Positions 39,525-49,680 are shown, numbered from the stretch's first letter. The stretch is DNA of 64,000 bases from Candidatus Bathyarchaeota archaeon (GCA_963772455.1 CAVYXJ010000010.1:96001-160000); one strand, 5' to 3'. Numbers and translations: made by a program. Notes: generated from the letters alone by a model not told the origin.

Positions 39525-39857
39525 TTAGCCAATTTTACTGCCTTCAGCAATGTCTTTTTCAGGCTGCAGAACTGAAACATTTCCTGTCTCATCTTCAGCA
39601 GCTAAAATCATACATTGCGATTCTATTCCAGCCAACATTCTTCTTTGAAGATTTAGGAGAAAAACGCATTTCTTGCCAACCAATTCTTCTGGTTTATAAT
39701 ATTTAAGGAGTCCAGCAACTGCTTGGCGTTTTTCTGAGCCAAAATCAACAATGATTTTTATTAGTTTTTTTGATTCTGGTACAATTGTTGCTTCCAAGAT
39801 TTTTCCTATTCGTAGGTCTATTTTTTGGAAATCAGCGAAAGTTATTTCTTCAGCCAT
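39525..39857 (-). CDS. Stand-alone tRNA-binding OB-fold protein (MetRS-C/Trbp111/CsaA family)
   Basis: DFQKIDLRIGKI…NL…GIESQCMILAA. Confidence 0.9.
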   Translation of the reverse strand: MAEEITFADFQKIDLRIGKILEATIVPESKKLIKIIVDFGSEKRQAVAGLLKYYKPEELVGKKCVFLLNLQRRMLAGIESQCMILAAEDETGNVSVLQPEKDIAEGSKIG

Positions 39858-40093
39858 AATCTTCACGCTTAAGCGTTAGTTATTGTATGTTTAGATATTT
39901 ACTTTGCTTTCGCTCAAAAGTTTGATTCTTTGTTTGGTTGCGAAATGTAAGTTTGTCTTAGTGGTTCAGAAATTCTACATTTTAAATAATGTTGGACTAT
40001 TTTTACAGCTGTATTGAGAGAACATAGGAACTGCACATGTTCTTTGAACTTTCTTAGCCGAGAAATTCCTGGTAGGTTTTGGCATGTTTTTTT

Positions 40094-40759
40094 TTACTCT
40101 TTTGTGGATTTCAATTTAATGGAATCTTTAGAGGGTTCAAATCGTTTTAGCTGGTCTTCAAGCGATTTTCGGCGTACTTCCAATGTGATGTCGCCCCGTG
40201 TGGACTCAATGATTCTTCGAGCAATGTCTGATTTGTGTCTGAGTCCTGGAACAAGCATGTATGCTTCGTCGAGCGCTAACAGTTGAATGAAGATTTGATC
40301 CATTATTTCAAGGCATTTTTCGCCCTTTACCACTTCGCCTTCACGCAAGTTGTCTAAGGCAAGGCGTCTATATTCACCTATGACATCCGCCAAACCCAAC
40401 ATATAATCAACTGAGGGAACATTAATCTCAGCTGGAGTCACAAAACGATCTTCTTTAACTAAAATCAAGAATATGTTAGCTTCAGAATACTCTTGAAAGG
40501 CTGCGCTAAGCATGCCACCGTAAATGATTTCAGGATATTGTTTAGCCATGTCTTGCAGAATTAGAATTCTTTCTCTTGCACTCGAAACCATTTTTTCTGC
40601 ATCTTCGAATCTTTTTTGGTGAATAAGCAAAATCGCCTGTTTGGAAAGGCTGGTTGCTTTACGCATGCTTTCGTGGGTTTCTTCACGAATCTGGTTTTTC
40701 GCCATTAGCTCGTTTTTGACTTCCTGTATAATTATTTCTAAAGAATACAAAAATTGCAC
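40094..40759 (-). CDS. Translin/C3PO family protein
   Basis: QEYSEA…YMLGLADVIGEYRR…LRHKSD. Confidence 0.9.
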   Translation of the reverse strand: MQFLYSLEIIIQEVKNELMAKNQIREETHESMRKATSLSKQAILLIHQKRFEDAEKMVSSARERILILQDMAKQYPEIIYGGMLSAAFQEYSEANIFLILVKEDRFVTPAEINVPSVDYMLGLADVIGEYRRLALDNLREGEVVKGEKCLEIMDQIFIQLLALDEAYMLVPGLRHKSDIARRIIESTRGDITLEVRRKSLEDQLKRFEPSKDSIKLKSTKE

Positions 40760-40894
40760 CCAATAGGGAATTATTGTTTTGGTTGTTTATTTCAATTTCT
40801 TACCTTTTCGCCTAAATCAAAATCTACATTGAAATTGTGTGTGCTTATTTTGAATGGAAAAATACCTTTACTTAAAAGGTCTTTTAGGCAGATG

Positions 40895-41872
40895 TTAATT
40901 TTCTCCGATTCGTATGGGCTTTTCCAATCTGCTTAGCAAAACTACTCTGCTTTCAGGTGCCTCATCAATAACTCGATAACCCGTCTTCTCTGCTAGCTGG
41001 GCAGCGAAATCTTTGACTTCTCCATGCATGGGCATCCGGTCGAAGCCCAAGCGCAAATTTGAAAAGCCTATGTGCATGTATGCTTTGGCTTCAATGTAAG
41101 TTGGATTTGTTTTCTCAACAAGCTTTGCGTACGCATCAATTAAACTCATGTTGTGTTCCTTAACAAGAGTCATGCGTACTACCGTTGGGCAACGGAAACT
41201 CTGCAGCAAACCCAGCGTTTCATTTAGTTTTGTCCAGGCGCCTGGAAACAGGGGTCGACAGACTTTCTTGTAGACTTCTTCGTTTGGGGCGCATAGTGAG
41301 ATGTATAGTTGTGTGGGTTCTTGGCTTAGCTTTGATAGTTTAGATGGTAGAGTACCGTTCGAAACAAGAAACGTAGTTAATCCTTTTTGGTGGAACGTTC
41401 GAATAAGCTCGCCCAGCGGCTCATAAAGTGTGGGTTCACCTGTCAGGCTTATGGCTACTTGTTTAGGTCTTTGGGCTTCTTGGAATTTGCGCCAATTTGT
41501 TTTCTCGTTGCCTTTGTAGCCTGTTAGGATTTTTGCTTGAGCTTTAAAGCAGCCTTCAACAATTTCTTCTGGTGTATCTTTGTTTGGATTTTTCATTTCG
41601 TCCCATGTAACTTCTAAATCTCCGCTCTGGGCTCTCCAACAAAAAAGACATTGTTGAGTGCACGAATAAAGTGAAGGTGTCATCTGAATGCACCTGTGTG
41701 ATTGGATTCCGTAAAATTTTTGTTTATAACATGATCTGCCGTTAACGATTGATTCGTAGAGCCATTTGCATCTTTTAACAGCTGAGTGACTGCCTATTAA
41801 ATGGTATTTTTGTTTCTTTAAAGCAATTAAAAGTGGCGAGGCAGATTGGTTTTCCAAGTTGTTGTACACCAA
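40895..41872 (-). CDS. taw1: 4-demethylwyosine synthase Taw1/Tyw1 (radical SAM)
   Basis: CYKQKFYGIQSHRCIQMTP, CxxxCxxC and SLTGEP motifs. Confidence 0.96.
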   Translation of the reverse strand: MVYNNLENQSASPLLIALKKQKYHLIGSHSAVKRCKWLYESIVNGRSCYKQKFYGIQSHRCIQMTPSLYSCTQQCLFCWRAQSGDLEVTWDEMKNPNKDTPEEIVEGCFKAQAKILTGYKGNEKTNWRKFQEAQRPKQVAISLTGEPTLYEPLGELIRTFHQKGLTTFLVSNGTLPSKLSKLSQEPTQLYISLCAPNEEVYKKVCRPLFPGAWTKLNETLGLLQSFRCPTVVRMTLVKEHNMSLIDAYAKLVEKTNPTYIEAKAYMHIGFSNLRLGFDRMPMHGEVKDFAAQLAEKTGYRVIDEAPESRVVLLSRLEKPIRIGEN

Positions 41873-42065
41873 GTTTTAGTAACATTAGAAGAAGGTCTTT
41901 TAAAAATCCCTATGTCTACAAGCAGTTTTCTTGATGAAATCTCTTTTTATCTGTTTTAACAGTTGAATCAAGGGTTTTGGGTTTCAAAGGTAAAGTTTAA
42001 AATCATCCCTTAGATAAATCATGAGCTCAGCTAATGTTGGCTATCTATTAGGGAGAGTAGAGTGT

Positions 42066-44141
42066 TTGAACAAGAAAATTGTTTCCGTTTCCATCTTATT
42101 TCTTATGGCGTTTACTGTTGTGTTTGCGCCTCTTGACGTTTTAGCTCAGAATACAAACCTTGGGGTAAGTATTCTCCAAATAACTCCAAGTTCAGCTACT
42201 GGACCGGTTGGATCCAGTGTTAATGTTATTGGAACTGTCTATGTCTCTAATGGTTCTTATCAAATTGTTTTAGGTAGAACCGTAGTTAGCAGCGGTAAAG
42301 CGGACGGTTATTATGTTGATACAAACTTTACGGTTCCTGAGCTTCCCGTTGGGGCTTATGCGTTGACACTTACAGATTTGGGCATCAATGTTAACTCTAC
42401 TAAACAATTTACAGTGACTACTGGTTATGCGATAACTGCTGTTCCTTCATCTGTTCAGGAAGGAAGTGGTTTAACGTTAACTGTTAGTGTTACAGGGGCT
42501 CAGTCGGGACTCTCATACAGCGCAAACGTTGCTGTAGTTCTTCCAAATCCGCTGGGCACAGTTTACTCAAAAATAATTTCTTTAGGAACAATTAACCAAA
42601 AGGGAACAGCAAGTGCACAAACAACTTTTCCTGATTCCAACTTCAATCCTACAGGTTCAGTTTCCGATTACGCAGGAACTTATACTGCATACTTCAATCA
42701 ATCTCAAAATTTAGCGCAAACCACGTTTTCAATTAACTTCATCGATTCAACATCATATCATCGAGGTCAAACTGTATTGGTACACGCAACAGGCTATCAG
42801 CCAAACCAAGCAGCAACTCTGACCGTGATTAGTGCGGTTGGTTCAACAATTGGAACTGCTTCAGCAACAGCTTCAGCTAGCGGTTTAATCAGCACAAGCT
42901 GGATAGTTCCTGCGGATGCTCCTATTGGAGATTGCACAATAAGAATAACTGCTGATGGCATTCAGAAATCAATCCAGGATTCACAGACTTTCACAGTGAT
43001 TGGATACACTGTTAAAGTTCAAACAACTAATTTAGCTGGTCAAGTAGTAACTGATGTAGCACTTCATGCTGTTGACTCCTCAACAAACGTTGCCTATGAT
43101 GCTACAAGCGGTTCTGAAGGAACTGCAACTTTTAAACTTGAAAAAGGCACATATGCTATAACCGCTTCTTGGAATGGTGTTAACGTTGGAGAAACAACCA
43201 TTGTCGTTGGTGGAGACTCAACGTTCACTATCAAATGTCAATTATCTAACGTAAGGATAATTGTCAAAAGTTCAAATGGAATTGCAATGCCCTTTGTCAA
43301 CCTAAACATAGTGTACCATTACCAAAGCAACGGAGGATCAAAAACTGGCAGCATTTCAGGACTAACAGATACTTCAGGTAGCTTTACATTAAATTCAAGT
43401 TTGCCAAGTGCAACCTACACCATAGATGCTTCAATTTACAATCAAATTTTCAATGCAGGTAACAACACAGTAAATAATCTCCAGTCTCAGGCAACAGCGC
43501 AAATATTTATTATTTGTCCAAGCGAGACCGTAACATTCAATGTGGTCGGCAATAACCAAGAACCAATTCCTAATGCTCGCATTGAGCTAGTAGAGTTAAC
43601 AAATGGTTTGTTCTATTCAGCAATTACAGACAACACTGGTTCAGCGACTACCCAAGTTACATTTGGGATGTATCGAGCTAGAGTCTACAGGGACAGTACT
43701 CTCATCAACGAGACTAACGTGCAAATCTTTAGCAACAGCCAACAACAAATTAAATGCACATTATTTAGCATTCAACTTTCCGTGGCAGTTGTTGACTTCT
43801 TTGGCAATCCAATCTCAAACACCAACGTCACATTAAATGGACCTGAAAAAATCTCTCAAGTTACTCAAAGCGATGGAAAAGCAACCTTCAACAATATTAT
43901 TGGAGGCAATATACAGATAATTGCCCAAGCCTCTGGAACAAAAGACGCTTACCAAGCAATGACATTAACAGTTAATCAGCCAACTTCTGTGCAAATAAAA
44001 ATAGACAGGTATATTGCTTTAGGGCCAATGTTGATACCCGCAAGCGCGTTTATTGCTATTATGATTATACTTGTAGCGTTAGTCGTTTTTGCTCTGGTAG
44101 AAATCTTTAGACAAAGAGTTAATCATAGAGCTGCCACCTAA
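42066..44141 (+). CDS. Secreted, C-terminally anchored multi-beta-sandwich surface protein
   Basis: Signal peptide (KK, hydrophobic stretch, VLA|Q); S/T/N-rich prealbumin/Ig-like repeats; many N-x-S/T sequons; C-terminal TM plus basic tail. Confidence 0.8.
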   Translation: MNKKIVSVSILFLMAFTVVFAPLDVLAQNTNLGVSILQITPSSATGPVGSSVNVIGTVYVSNGSYQIVLGRTVVSSGKADGYYVDTNFTVPELPVGAYALTLTDLGINVNSTKQFTVTTGYAITAVPSSVQEGSGLTLTVSVTGAQSGLSYSANVAVVLPNPLGTVYSKIISLGTINQKGTASAQTTFPDSNFNPTGSVSDYAGTYTAYFNQSQNLAQTTFSINFIDSTSYHRGQTVLVHATGYQPNQAATLTVISAVGSTIGTASATASASGLISTSWIVPADAPIGDCTIRITADGIQKSIQDSQTFTVIGYTVKVQTTNLAGQVVTDVALHAVDSSTNVAYDATSGSEGTATFKLEKGTYAITASWNGVNVGETTIVVGGDSTFTIKCQLSNVRIIVKSSNGIAMPFVNLNIVYHYQSNGGSKTGSISGLTDTSGSFTLNSSLPSATYTIDASIYNQIFNAGNNTVNNLQSQATAQIFIICPSETVTFNVVGNNQEPIPNARIELVELTNGLFYSAITDNTGSATTQVTFGMYRARVYRDSTLINETNVQIFSNSQQQIKCTLFSIQLSVAVVDFFGNPISNTNVTLNGPEKISQVTQSDGKATFNNIIGGNIQIIAQASGTKDAYQAMTLTVNQPTSVQIKIDRYIALGPMLIPASAFIAIMIILVALVVFALVEIFRQRVNHRAAT

Positions 44142-44243
44142 ATTTTACCCTTTAATAGAAAAAAGTTTATATTGCATTCAAATTACTAAAGAAACTCTAA
44201 AGACTATCAAATAAACACATTTTAAATTGACAATTGAGGTGTA

Positions 44244-44534
44244 TTGTTGGCTCAATCAAAAGCTTGTTCTCCAGCGTGCCAATCTTTTAAATGCGCAAAA
44301 AATTCTCTGCTTTTTAGAAGGGATTCTATCTGGTGTAGAGAAACCGAGGAACAATGCAACGTTGCAAAATGTACTTATTCAATGTGCATGAAAAGACGTT
44401 TGTTGCCTGAAGCGATTTGCGGCGAAACCATCAAACGAAAGACTGTTGAGAAAGATGTTGATGATTTCTTTGACGACTCCGTGAAGCTTAAAGGAAAAGC
44501 GCTGCGTAAACTCGGAGACCAAGACTTCTATTAA
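44244..44534 (+). CDS. Small Cys-rich hypothetical protein
   Basis: 8 Cys; GAGGTG SD before the TTG start. Confidence 0.75.
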   Translation: MLAQSKACSPACQSFKCAKNSLLFRRDSIWCRETEEQCNVAKCTYSMCMKRRLLPEAICGETIKRKTVEKDVDDFFDDSVKLKGKALRKLGDQDFY

Positions 44535-44584
44535 AATAAAAGACTGAAACAAAAAATTGCTCGTGTAAAACGAGTCTTTCTTTT

Positions 44585-44746
44585 CTATTTTGATTTAACC
44601 CGTTTTACTACTGGCGGCTTAACCTTCTTGAGGATCCTATATCCACAGATGATGCATTTGGTTTCTCCGCCACGTAACTCTAATTCTTCAGATGGCACTC
44701 TTGAGCCACATCTCATGCATTCATAAACAATTCCAGATTTTTCCAT
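44585..44746 (-). CDS. rpoP: RNA polymerase subunit Rpo12 (P)
   Basis: YECMRCG…KCIICGYRILKK; ATG at 44746. Confidence 0.93.
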   Translation of the reverse strand: MEKSGIVYECMRCGSRVPSEELELRGGETKCIICGYRILKKVKPPVVKRVKSK

Positions 44747-44823
44747 TGAGAACGCCTGTCCTACAAAGAAAAGCATTTTACTTTTAAACATTTCCAATAG
44801 TTGGTGATAATGAGGATGGTTAG

Positions 44824-45685
44824 TTGAGAAAACGGCTTCGAGATAAGCTTTCAACAGCAATTCCATTTGAAGAATTAAATAAAGTTTACAATTCTTTCGA
44901 TGTTATAGGTGACATAGCAATCATTAAAATTAATACTCTTGAAAATGCACGAAGAAATAGCAAAGCAGATAATGGGTTCTCAGAGAAAAATTAAAACTGT
45001 TCTAACGCCAGCCACTTCTATCTCGGGAGATTTCAGAGTTAGAGAACTAAAACATTTGGCGGGTGAAAAAAAAACAATTACAATCCATAAAGAATCGGGG
45101 TGCACCTTCAAGGTTGATGTTGAAAAATGTTTTTTTTCACCTAGACTGTCTTTTGAACATTTACGAATTGCAAAGCTTGTTCAGTCTGGCGAGACAGTTG
45201 TTAATATGTTCGCTGGTATTGGTTGCTTTAGCATTATTATTGCCAAAACGGTAAACCAAACCAAGGTTTACTCAATTGATGTTAACCCCACCGCAATTCA
45301 ATGCATGGAAGAGAATGTTAGGATCAATCATGTTGATGGAGCTGTTTTTCCAATACTAGGTGATGCAAAAGACGTTATTAATTCTAAACTAAAAGGAGTA
45401 GCTGACCGAGTTCTTATGCCCTTGCCAGAAATAGCCCTCGAATACCTACAATTCTCACTTTCGGCCCTCAAACCAACTGGCGGGTGGATTCACTATTACG
45501 ATTTTCAACATGCACCTGGAAAGGAAAATCCCACAGAAAAAACTAAACTGAAGGTTGCTGAAAAACTCGAATGTTTAGGTGTAAATTATTTTTTTCCTAA
45601 TTCGAGGGTTATGCGGCCTACTGGTCCAAACTGGTATCAAACAGTCCTGGACATAAAGATAGAAGGGTTGCCTAACAAGTTTTAA
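44824..45685 (+). pseudogene. Trm5/Taw2-family tRNA G37 methyltransferase with a 1-nt frameshift near 44950
   Basis: N-terminus (SFDVIGDIAIIK) is in the frame starting at TTG 44824. The catalytic part (FFSPRL, MFAGIG, DRVLMPLP, GWIHYY) is in the next frame. Confidence 0.85.
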
Positions 45686-45721
45686 TAACTCAACGTCAAC
45701 TATCTATTTCGTGGTATTCGC

Positions 45722-45991
45722 ATGAAACGAAAATTAATGGAAATCCTTGCTTGCCCCATAGATAAGTACCATCCTTTGGAGCTTCATGTTTTTGAAGAAA
45801 AAGACGAAATAGTGGAAGGATTAATCGTTTGCCCAAAATGCCTGCGGTGGTACCCAATTCGCGACGAAATCCCAGAAATGCTACCTGATGAGTTACGCAA
45901 AGAAGCTGAAGATTTACCATTCTTGAAGAAGTGGAAGGAAAAAGCACCTCAAAAAATCGTATCTGAAGGCAAGCCCTTCAACTTAAAATAA
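45722..45991 (+). CDS. Trm112 family methyltransferase activator
   Basis: LMEILACPIDK…LIVCPKC…YPIRDEIPEMLP. Confidence 0.92.
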   Translation: MKRKLMEILACPIDKYHPLELHVFEEKDEIVEGLIVCPKCLRWYPIRDEIPEMLPDELRKEAEDLPFLKKWKEKAPQKIVSEGKPFNLK

Positions 45992-45996
45992 ATTCC

Positions 45997-46947
45997 TTAA
46001 TTTTTTAATTGTATTGACTTATTTTTTGCTGAAGACTGCATTGCGGCTGTAGCGACTTTCAGAGCTCTCACGCCATCCTCGCCTGTTACAAGAGGCTTCT
46101 TCTTCTCCACTATACAATCAACGAAATGTTGGAGTTCAGCTTTCAAAGGTTCTTGGAATGGATATCTGGGTTGAACCGATTCTTTTTGTTGCTCAATCCA
46201 TAAATCTTGAGTTATATAATCCAGACGCATTATAGCGTCGCTCCCCGTTACAGTTAAGGTCCGTGTTTTGTAGGGAGTAAGCCAATTGGATTCTATAAAT
46301 GCACTTTTACCATCTTTGTAAGTGAGCATTATGTGGGCGTAATCTTCGAATTTCTTGATTCGCATACTTCCCATATTGGCGTAAACCGAGATTGGGTCCT
46401 CATTGTAAATAAAGCGCATGACATCAATGTCATGTATGGCGGTATCTTTGACTACGCCTACATCGCCTATACGTTCTGGCCACTGTGAAACGCGTTTGGC
46501 GGTTGCACATACAAGCTCTCCAATTTTCTTATTTTCAACCGATTGACGAATACTTTGCAAGCCAGGTATGAACCGCATTAAAAACCCAACTGTCAAATGT
46601 AGACCGTTCTCATGCGCTGTTTGTACCAGTTTCTGGGCTTGTTGGGTGTTAGTTGCCATAGGTTTCTCGACCAAAACGTGTTTTCCAGCATTAAGGGCTT
46701 TCAATGCTTCTTTTGCCAGAATTGTAGACCAAGTACACACGTTTACTGCTTCAATAGATTTGTCTTTTAACATTTGTGAACTGTCAGAGTAAGCTTTTAC
46801 TCCATATTGAGCTGCCATAGCTTTGGCTCTTTCAGCGTTAACATCACATATTGCAACGAGTTCTGTTGAGGGGAGTTCTTTGTAGACTCGTGCATGGTTT
46901 TTTCCCCATTGCCCTGTTCCGATTACAGCTACGCCAAGTTTCTTCAA
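45997..46947 (-). CDS. Gfo/Idh/MocA oxidoreductase (probable nucleotide-sugar dehydrogenase)
   Basis: IGTGQWG, GKHVLVEKP and DTAIHDID motifs. Confidence 0.9.
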   Translation of the reverse strand: MKKLGVAVIGTGQWGKNHARVYKELPSTELVAICDVNAERAKAMAAQYGVKAYSDSSQMLKDKSIEAVNVCTWSTILAKEALKALNAGKHVLVEKPMATNTQQAQKLVQTAHENGLHLTVGFLMRFIPGLQSIRQSVENKKIGELVCATAKRVSQWPERIGDVGVVKDTAIHDIDVMRFIYNEDPISVYANMGSMRIKKFEDYAHIMLTYKDGKSAFIESNWLTPYKTRTLTVTGSDAIMRLDYITQDLWIEQQKESVQPRYPFQEPLKAELQHFVDCIVEKKKPLVTGEDGVRALKVATAAMQSSAKNKSIQLKN

Positions 46948-48272
46948 TTCTTATCAGTTCCTCTACCTAAGCCACAGTATATGAAGCCTTCTGCCTCAAC
47001 CTTTGAGGGTTCAAAAATACCTATTAAATCTACAATAACTGCAGGTGTTTTCATTAGGGCTTTTAATTTTTTCAAGTTTAAGTTTCTAAATTGTTCTTGC
47101 CCTGTCAATATTACAATGCAGTCTGTACCTTCTACTGCCTCGTTGAGGCTGGTTTTTACTACGCACCAATCTTGTGGTCCCATTTTAGAAATGGGGTCGT
47201 AGAGGTTAGGTTTGGCTCCTTTTTGTTCTATCATTTTGACAAAAATACCTGTAGCCGAAGCAGGGTTAGCTGTACCTAAAACCGCAATTTTGGCTCTTCT
47301 CAATGGTTTGCCTCCGCTTCTTAAAGAATCCTGAGTTAAACTAACCGCATGTTTAACCATATCCTCATTTATCTGCCTAGCCAATGATGGGAGTTTGAGT
47401 TTAACATTCAAGTTTTCGGCGCTATCAAGCAGCAGATAAGCTTCATTCCTGTTTTCTTCTTCAACTATTGTAGGCCAAAAACTTGGGTCATCGAGTTCGA
47501 GTAGTTTTAGAATTTTAAAGTAATCTGTGTTTGCGATTTCACAAAAAACTGATAGCTCGTTAGCAAGGGCACGATTTGCATCTTGTTTTGCCACGTTGAA
47601 AAGTATGGCTGTCTCAGCCATTTTTAAGTCGTTGATTTCTTTCACTTTCTTTGTTATTGTTTTCAGAATGGTTGAGGCTGAGTTTAGGCTTTTTTGGTCG
47701 GCAGCTGCAATCTTTAATTCTAAGTTTGTAATTGAGCTGTCCGCTGAAAGAATTGGGTTATAGACTAAACCAAAATCTTGTCCCGACTTAAGACCAGATG
47801 TATTTTCAAGTGTTTCTTTCACTGTACCTTCGGTAAAACCGATCCCCGCAATACCTCCATAAATTACCAATGAGCCTTTTTGAAGTGCTGAACCAATCTC
47901 TTTGCAGGCGCTTTCTATTTGGGAGTAGTCTGTTTTTTTCTTTTCATCAACCTTTGCTCCAATTGCTATGATGATGACTTGACTTTGAGAAACAGTTTTT
48001 TTTCGTTCATTACTGACGATGATTTGTCCTGAATTTAGAAAGCTCTTGAGTTTAGCTTCAACTTGCTGTAGTGAACCAGGTGTTTTTCCCTTTGCTACTT
48101 TTTTTATTACTGTTGGGTCAGCATCCGTGCAGATAACCCTAAAGCCTGCTTCGGCAAATGCGTTGGCGTAAAGAATTCCTTTTTGCCCGCATCCGATAAC
48201 GCACACAGTGAATTTTGAGCGTTTTTCATTGTTGTCTACCTCTTCGGGTTTAAGGTTTAAAACTGCGGACAT
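46944..48272 (-). CDS. UDP-glucose/GDP-mannose dehydrogenase family protein, catalytically degenerate
   Basis: Three-domain layout kept (NEL, ARQINEDM, YDP, GLGRG) but the catalytic motifs are replaced. Confidence 0.8.
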   Translation of the reverse strand: MSAVLNLKPEEVDNNEKRSKFTVCVIGCGQKGILYANAFAEAGFRVICTDADPTVIKKVAKGKTPGSLQQVEAKLKSFLNSGQIIVSNERKKTVSQSQVIIIAIGAKVDEKKKTDYSQIESACKEIGSALQKGSLVIYGGIAGIGFTEGTVKETLENTSGLKSGQDFGLVYNPILSADSSITNLELKIAAADQKSLNSASTILKTITKKVKEINDLKMAETAILFNVAKQDANRALANELSVFCEIANTDYFKILKLLELDDPSFWPTIVEEENRNEAYLLLDSAENLNVKLKLPSLARQINEDMVKHAVSLTQDSLRSGGKPLRRAKIAVLGTANPASATGIFVKMIEQKGAKPNLYDPISKMGPQDWCVVKTSLNEAVEGTDCIVILTGQEQFRNLNLKKLKALMKTPAVIVDLIGIFEPSKVEAEGFIYCGLGRGTDKN

Positions 48273-48309
48273 TGACTGGTTTTCTCCGAAGCTTTGTTTT
48301 TTAAGGTGG

Positions 48310-49680
48310 TTATATTTTTTCCAAGATTTTTTTGAGCTTTGCGGTATAGTTTTCAACTAGTTTTAGCGCTGTTTCTTGGTTTTTCGCCTCAGCGTATAAC
48401 CTGAAAACTGGTTCCGTTCCGCTAGGTCGAATCAAAATTGCACTACTATCGCTAAACCAGATTTTTACGCCGTCAATGGTGCTTACATTTTCGTTCTTAA
48501 CTTGTTCAAAGATTTCTTGTTGCAAAAGATCTTTTTTGTTATCTGGACATTCGATTTTTGCTTTCTCAATGAAATACAGCGGTTGTTCAGCTACGAGTTG
48601 AGAAAGTGATTGTCCCGTTTCAGCCATAATGTTGAGCAGCAGCACAGTTGTCATTGCTCCGTCACGAACTGCTTGGTGTGGACCATAGAATACTCCACCG
48701 TTCTCTTCCCCGCCCAAATTGGCGTTTACCTCTTTCATTTTTTGGGAAACTGTGACGCTTCCAACTTTTGTCCAAATTAATTCGCCTTTGTAAGTTTCAA
48801 CAGTGTCTTTGATTAGGGTTGATGAGCTTACTGGTGTTACTATTTTTGCGCCTGGGTTTTTTTGTAGGTAGTTTTTGATGATTACTGCGAAAGTTTTGTC
48901 TCCCCAGTAAATCACGCCGTTTGCGTCAACAAAGATTGAGCGGTCAGCGTCTCCGTCAAAAGCGACTCCCATATGTGCCCCGATCGCTTTCACAGTGGAG
49001 GACAACACGCCTAAGCTTTCTGGTCTTGGCTCTGGCATTCTACCAGGGAAAGTGCCGTCGATGTTAGCGTTGATGCTGGTTATTTTGCAGCCGAGTTCCC
49101 TTAGTAACGACGGTGCTGTGAGTCCACCTACACTGTTGGCGGCGTCCACGACAACGTGAAAGTGTTGATTGGCTATTGTTGTTTTGTTAACGTGTTTTTT
49201 GATAGCTTGGATATATTCATCATTTATTCCGGGCAACTCACGTTTTGCCCCCAGTTTATCCCATGATGCATAGACGATTTTGTTATCAAAGTAAATGTTC
49301 TCAATCTCAACCTCTTGTTCGTGTGAGGTTTCGATGCCGTCGCTCCAGATTACTTTGATTCCGTTGTATTCTGGCGGGTTATGGGAAGCTGTGATTATTA
49401 CTCCGCCATCCATCTTGTGATTCTTAACTGCAAATTGTAAAGAGGGTGTTGGTGCCATTCCTGCAAAAAACACGTTGCATCCAGCAGCTGTCAATCCAGC
49501 AATTACTGCTTTAGCAAACATAGGACCGCTTGTTCTAGCATCATATCCTAAAAGTAAATTCTTTTCTTTTCCGAAGAAGGTTCCAATTGAGGCTCCGACT
49601 TTAATAGCCATTTCAGGAGTCAACTCAACGTTGACAAGGCCGCGGATGCCGTTTGTTCCAAAAAGTTTTCGTGTGCTCAT
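48310..49680 (-). CDS. Phosphohexomutase (PMM/PGM or GlmM)
   Basis: LFGTNGIRG, TASHNP, DGDADR and RPSGTEP motifs. Confidence 0.93.
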   Translation of the reverse strand: MSTRKLFGTNGIRGLVNVELTPEMAIKVGASIGTFFGKEKNLLLGYDARTSGPMFAKAVIAGLTAAGCNVFFAGMAPTPSLQFAVKNHKMDGGVIITASHNPPEYNGIKVIWSDGIETSHEQEVEIENIYFDNKIVYASWDKLGAKRELPGINDEYIQAIKKHVNKTTIANQHFHVVVDAANSVGGLTAPSLLRELGCKITSINANIDGTFPGRMPEPRPESLGVLSSTVKAIGAHMGVAFDGDADRSIFVDANGVIYWGDKTFAVIIKNYLQKNPGAKIVTPVSSSTLIKDTVETYKGELIWTKVGSVTVSQKMKEVNANLGGEENGGVFYGPHQAVRDGAMTTVLLLNIMAETGQSLSQLVAEQPLYFIEKAKIECPDNKKDLLQQEIFEQVKNENVSTIDGVKIWFSDSSAILIRPSGTEPVFRLYAEAKNQETALKLVENYTAKLKKILEKI

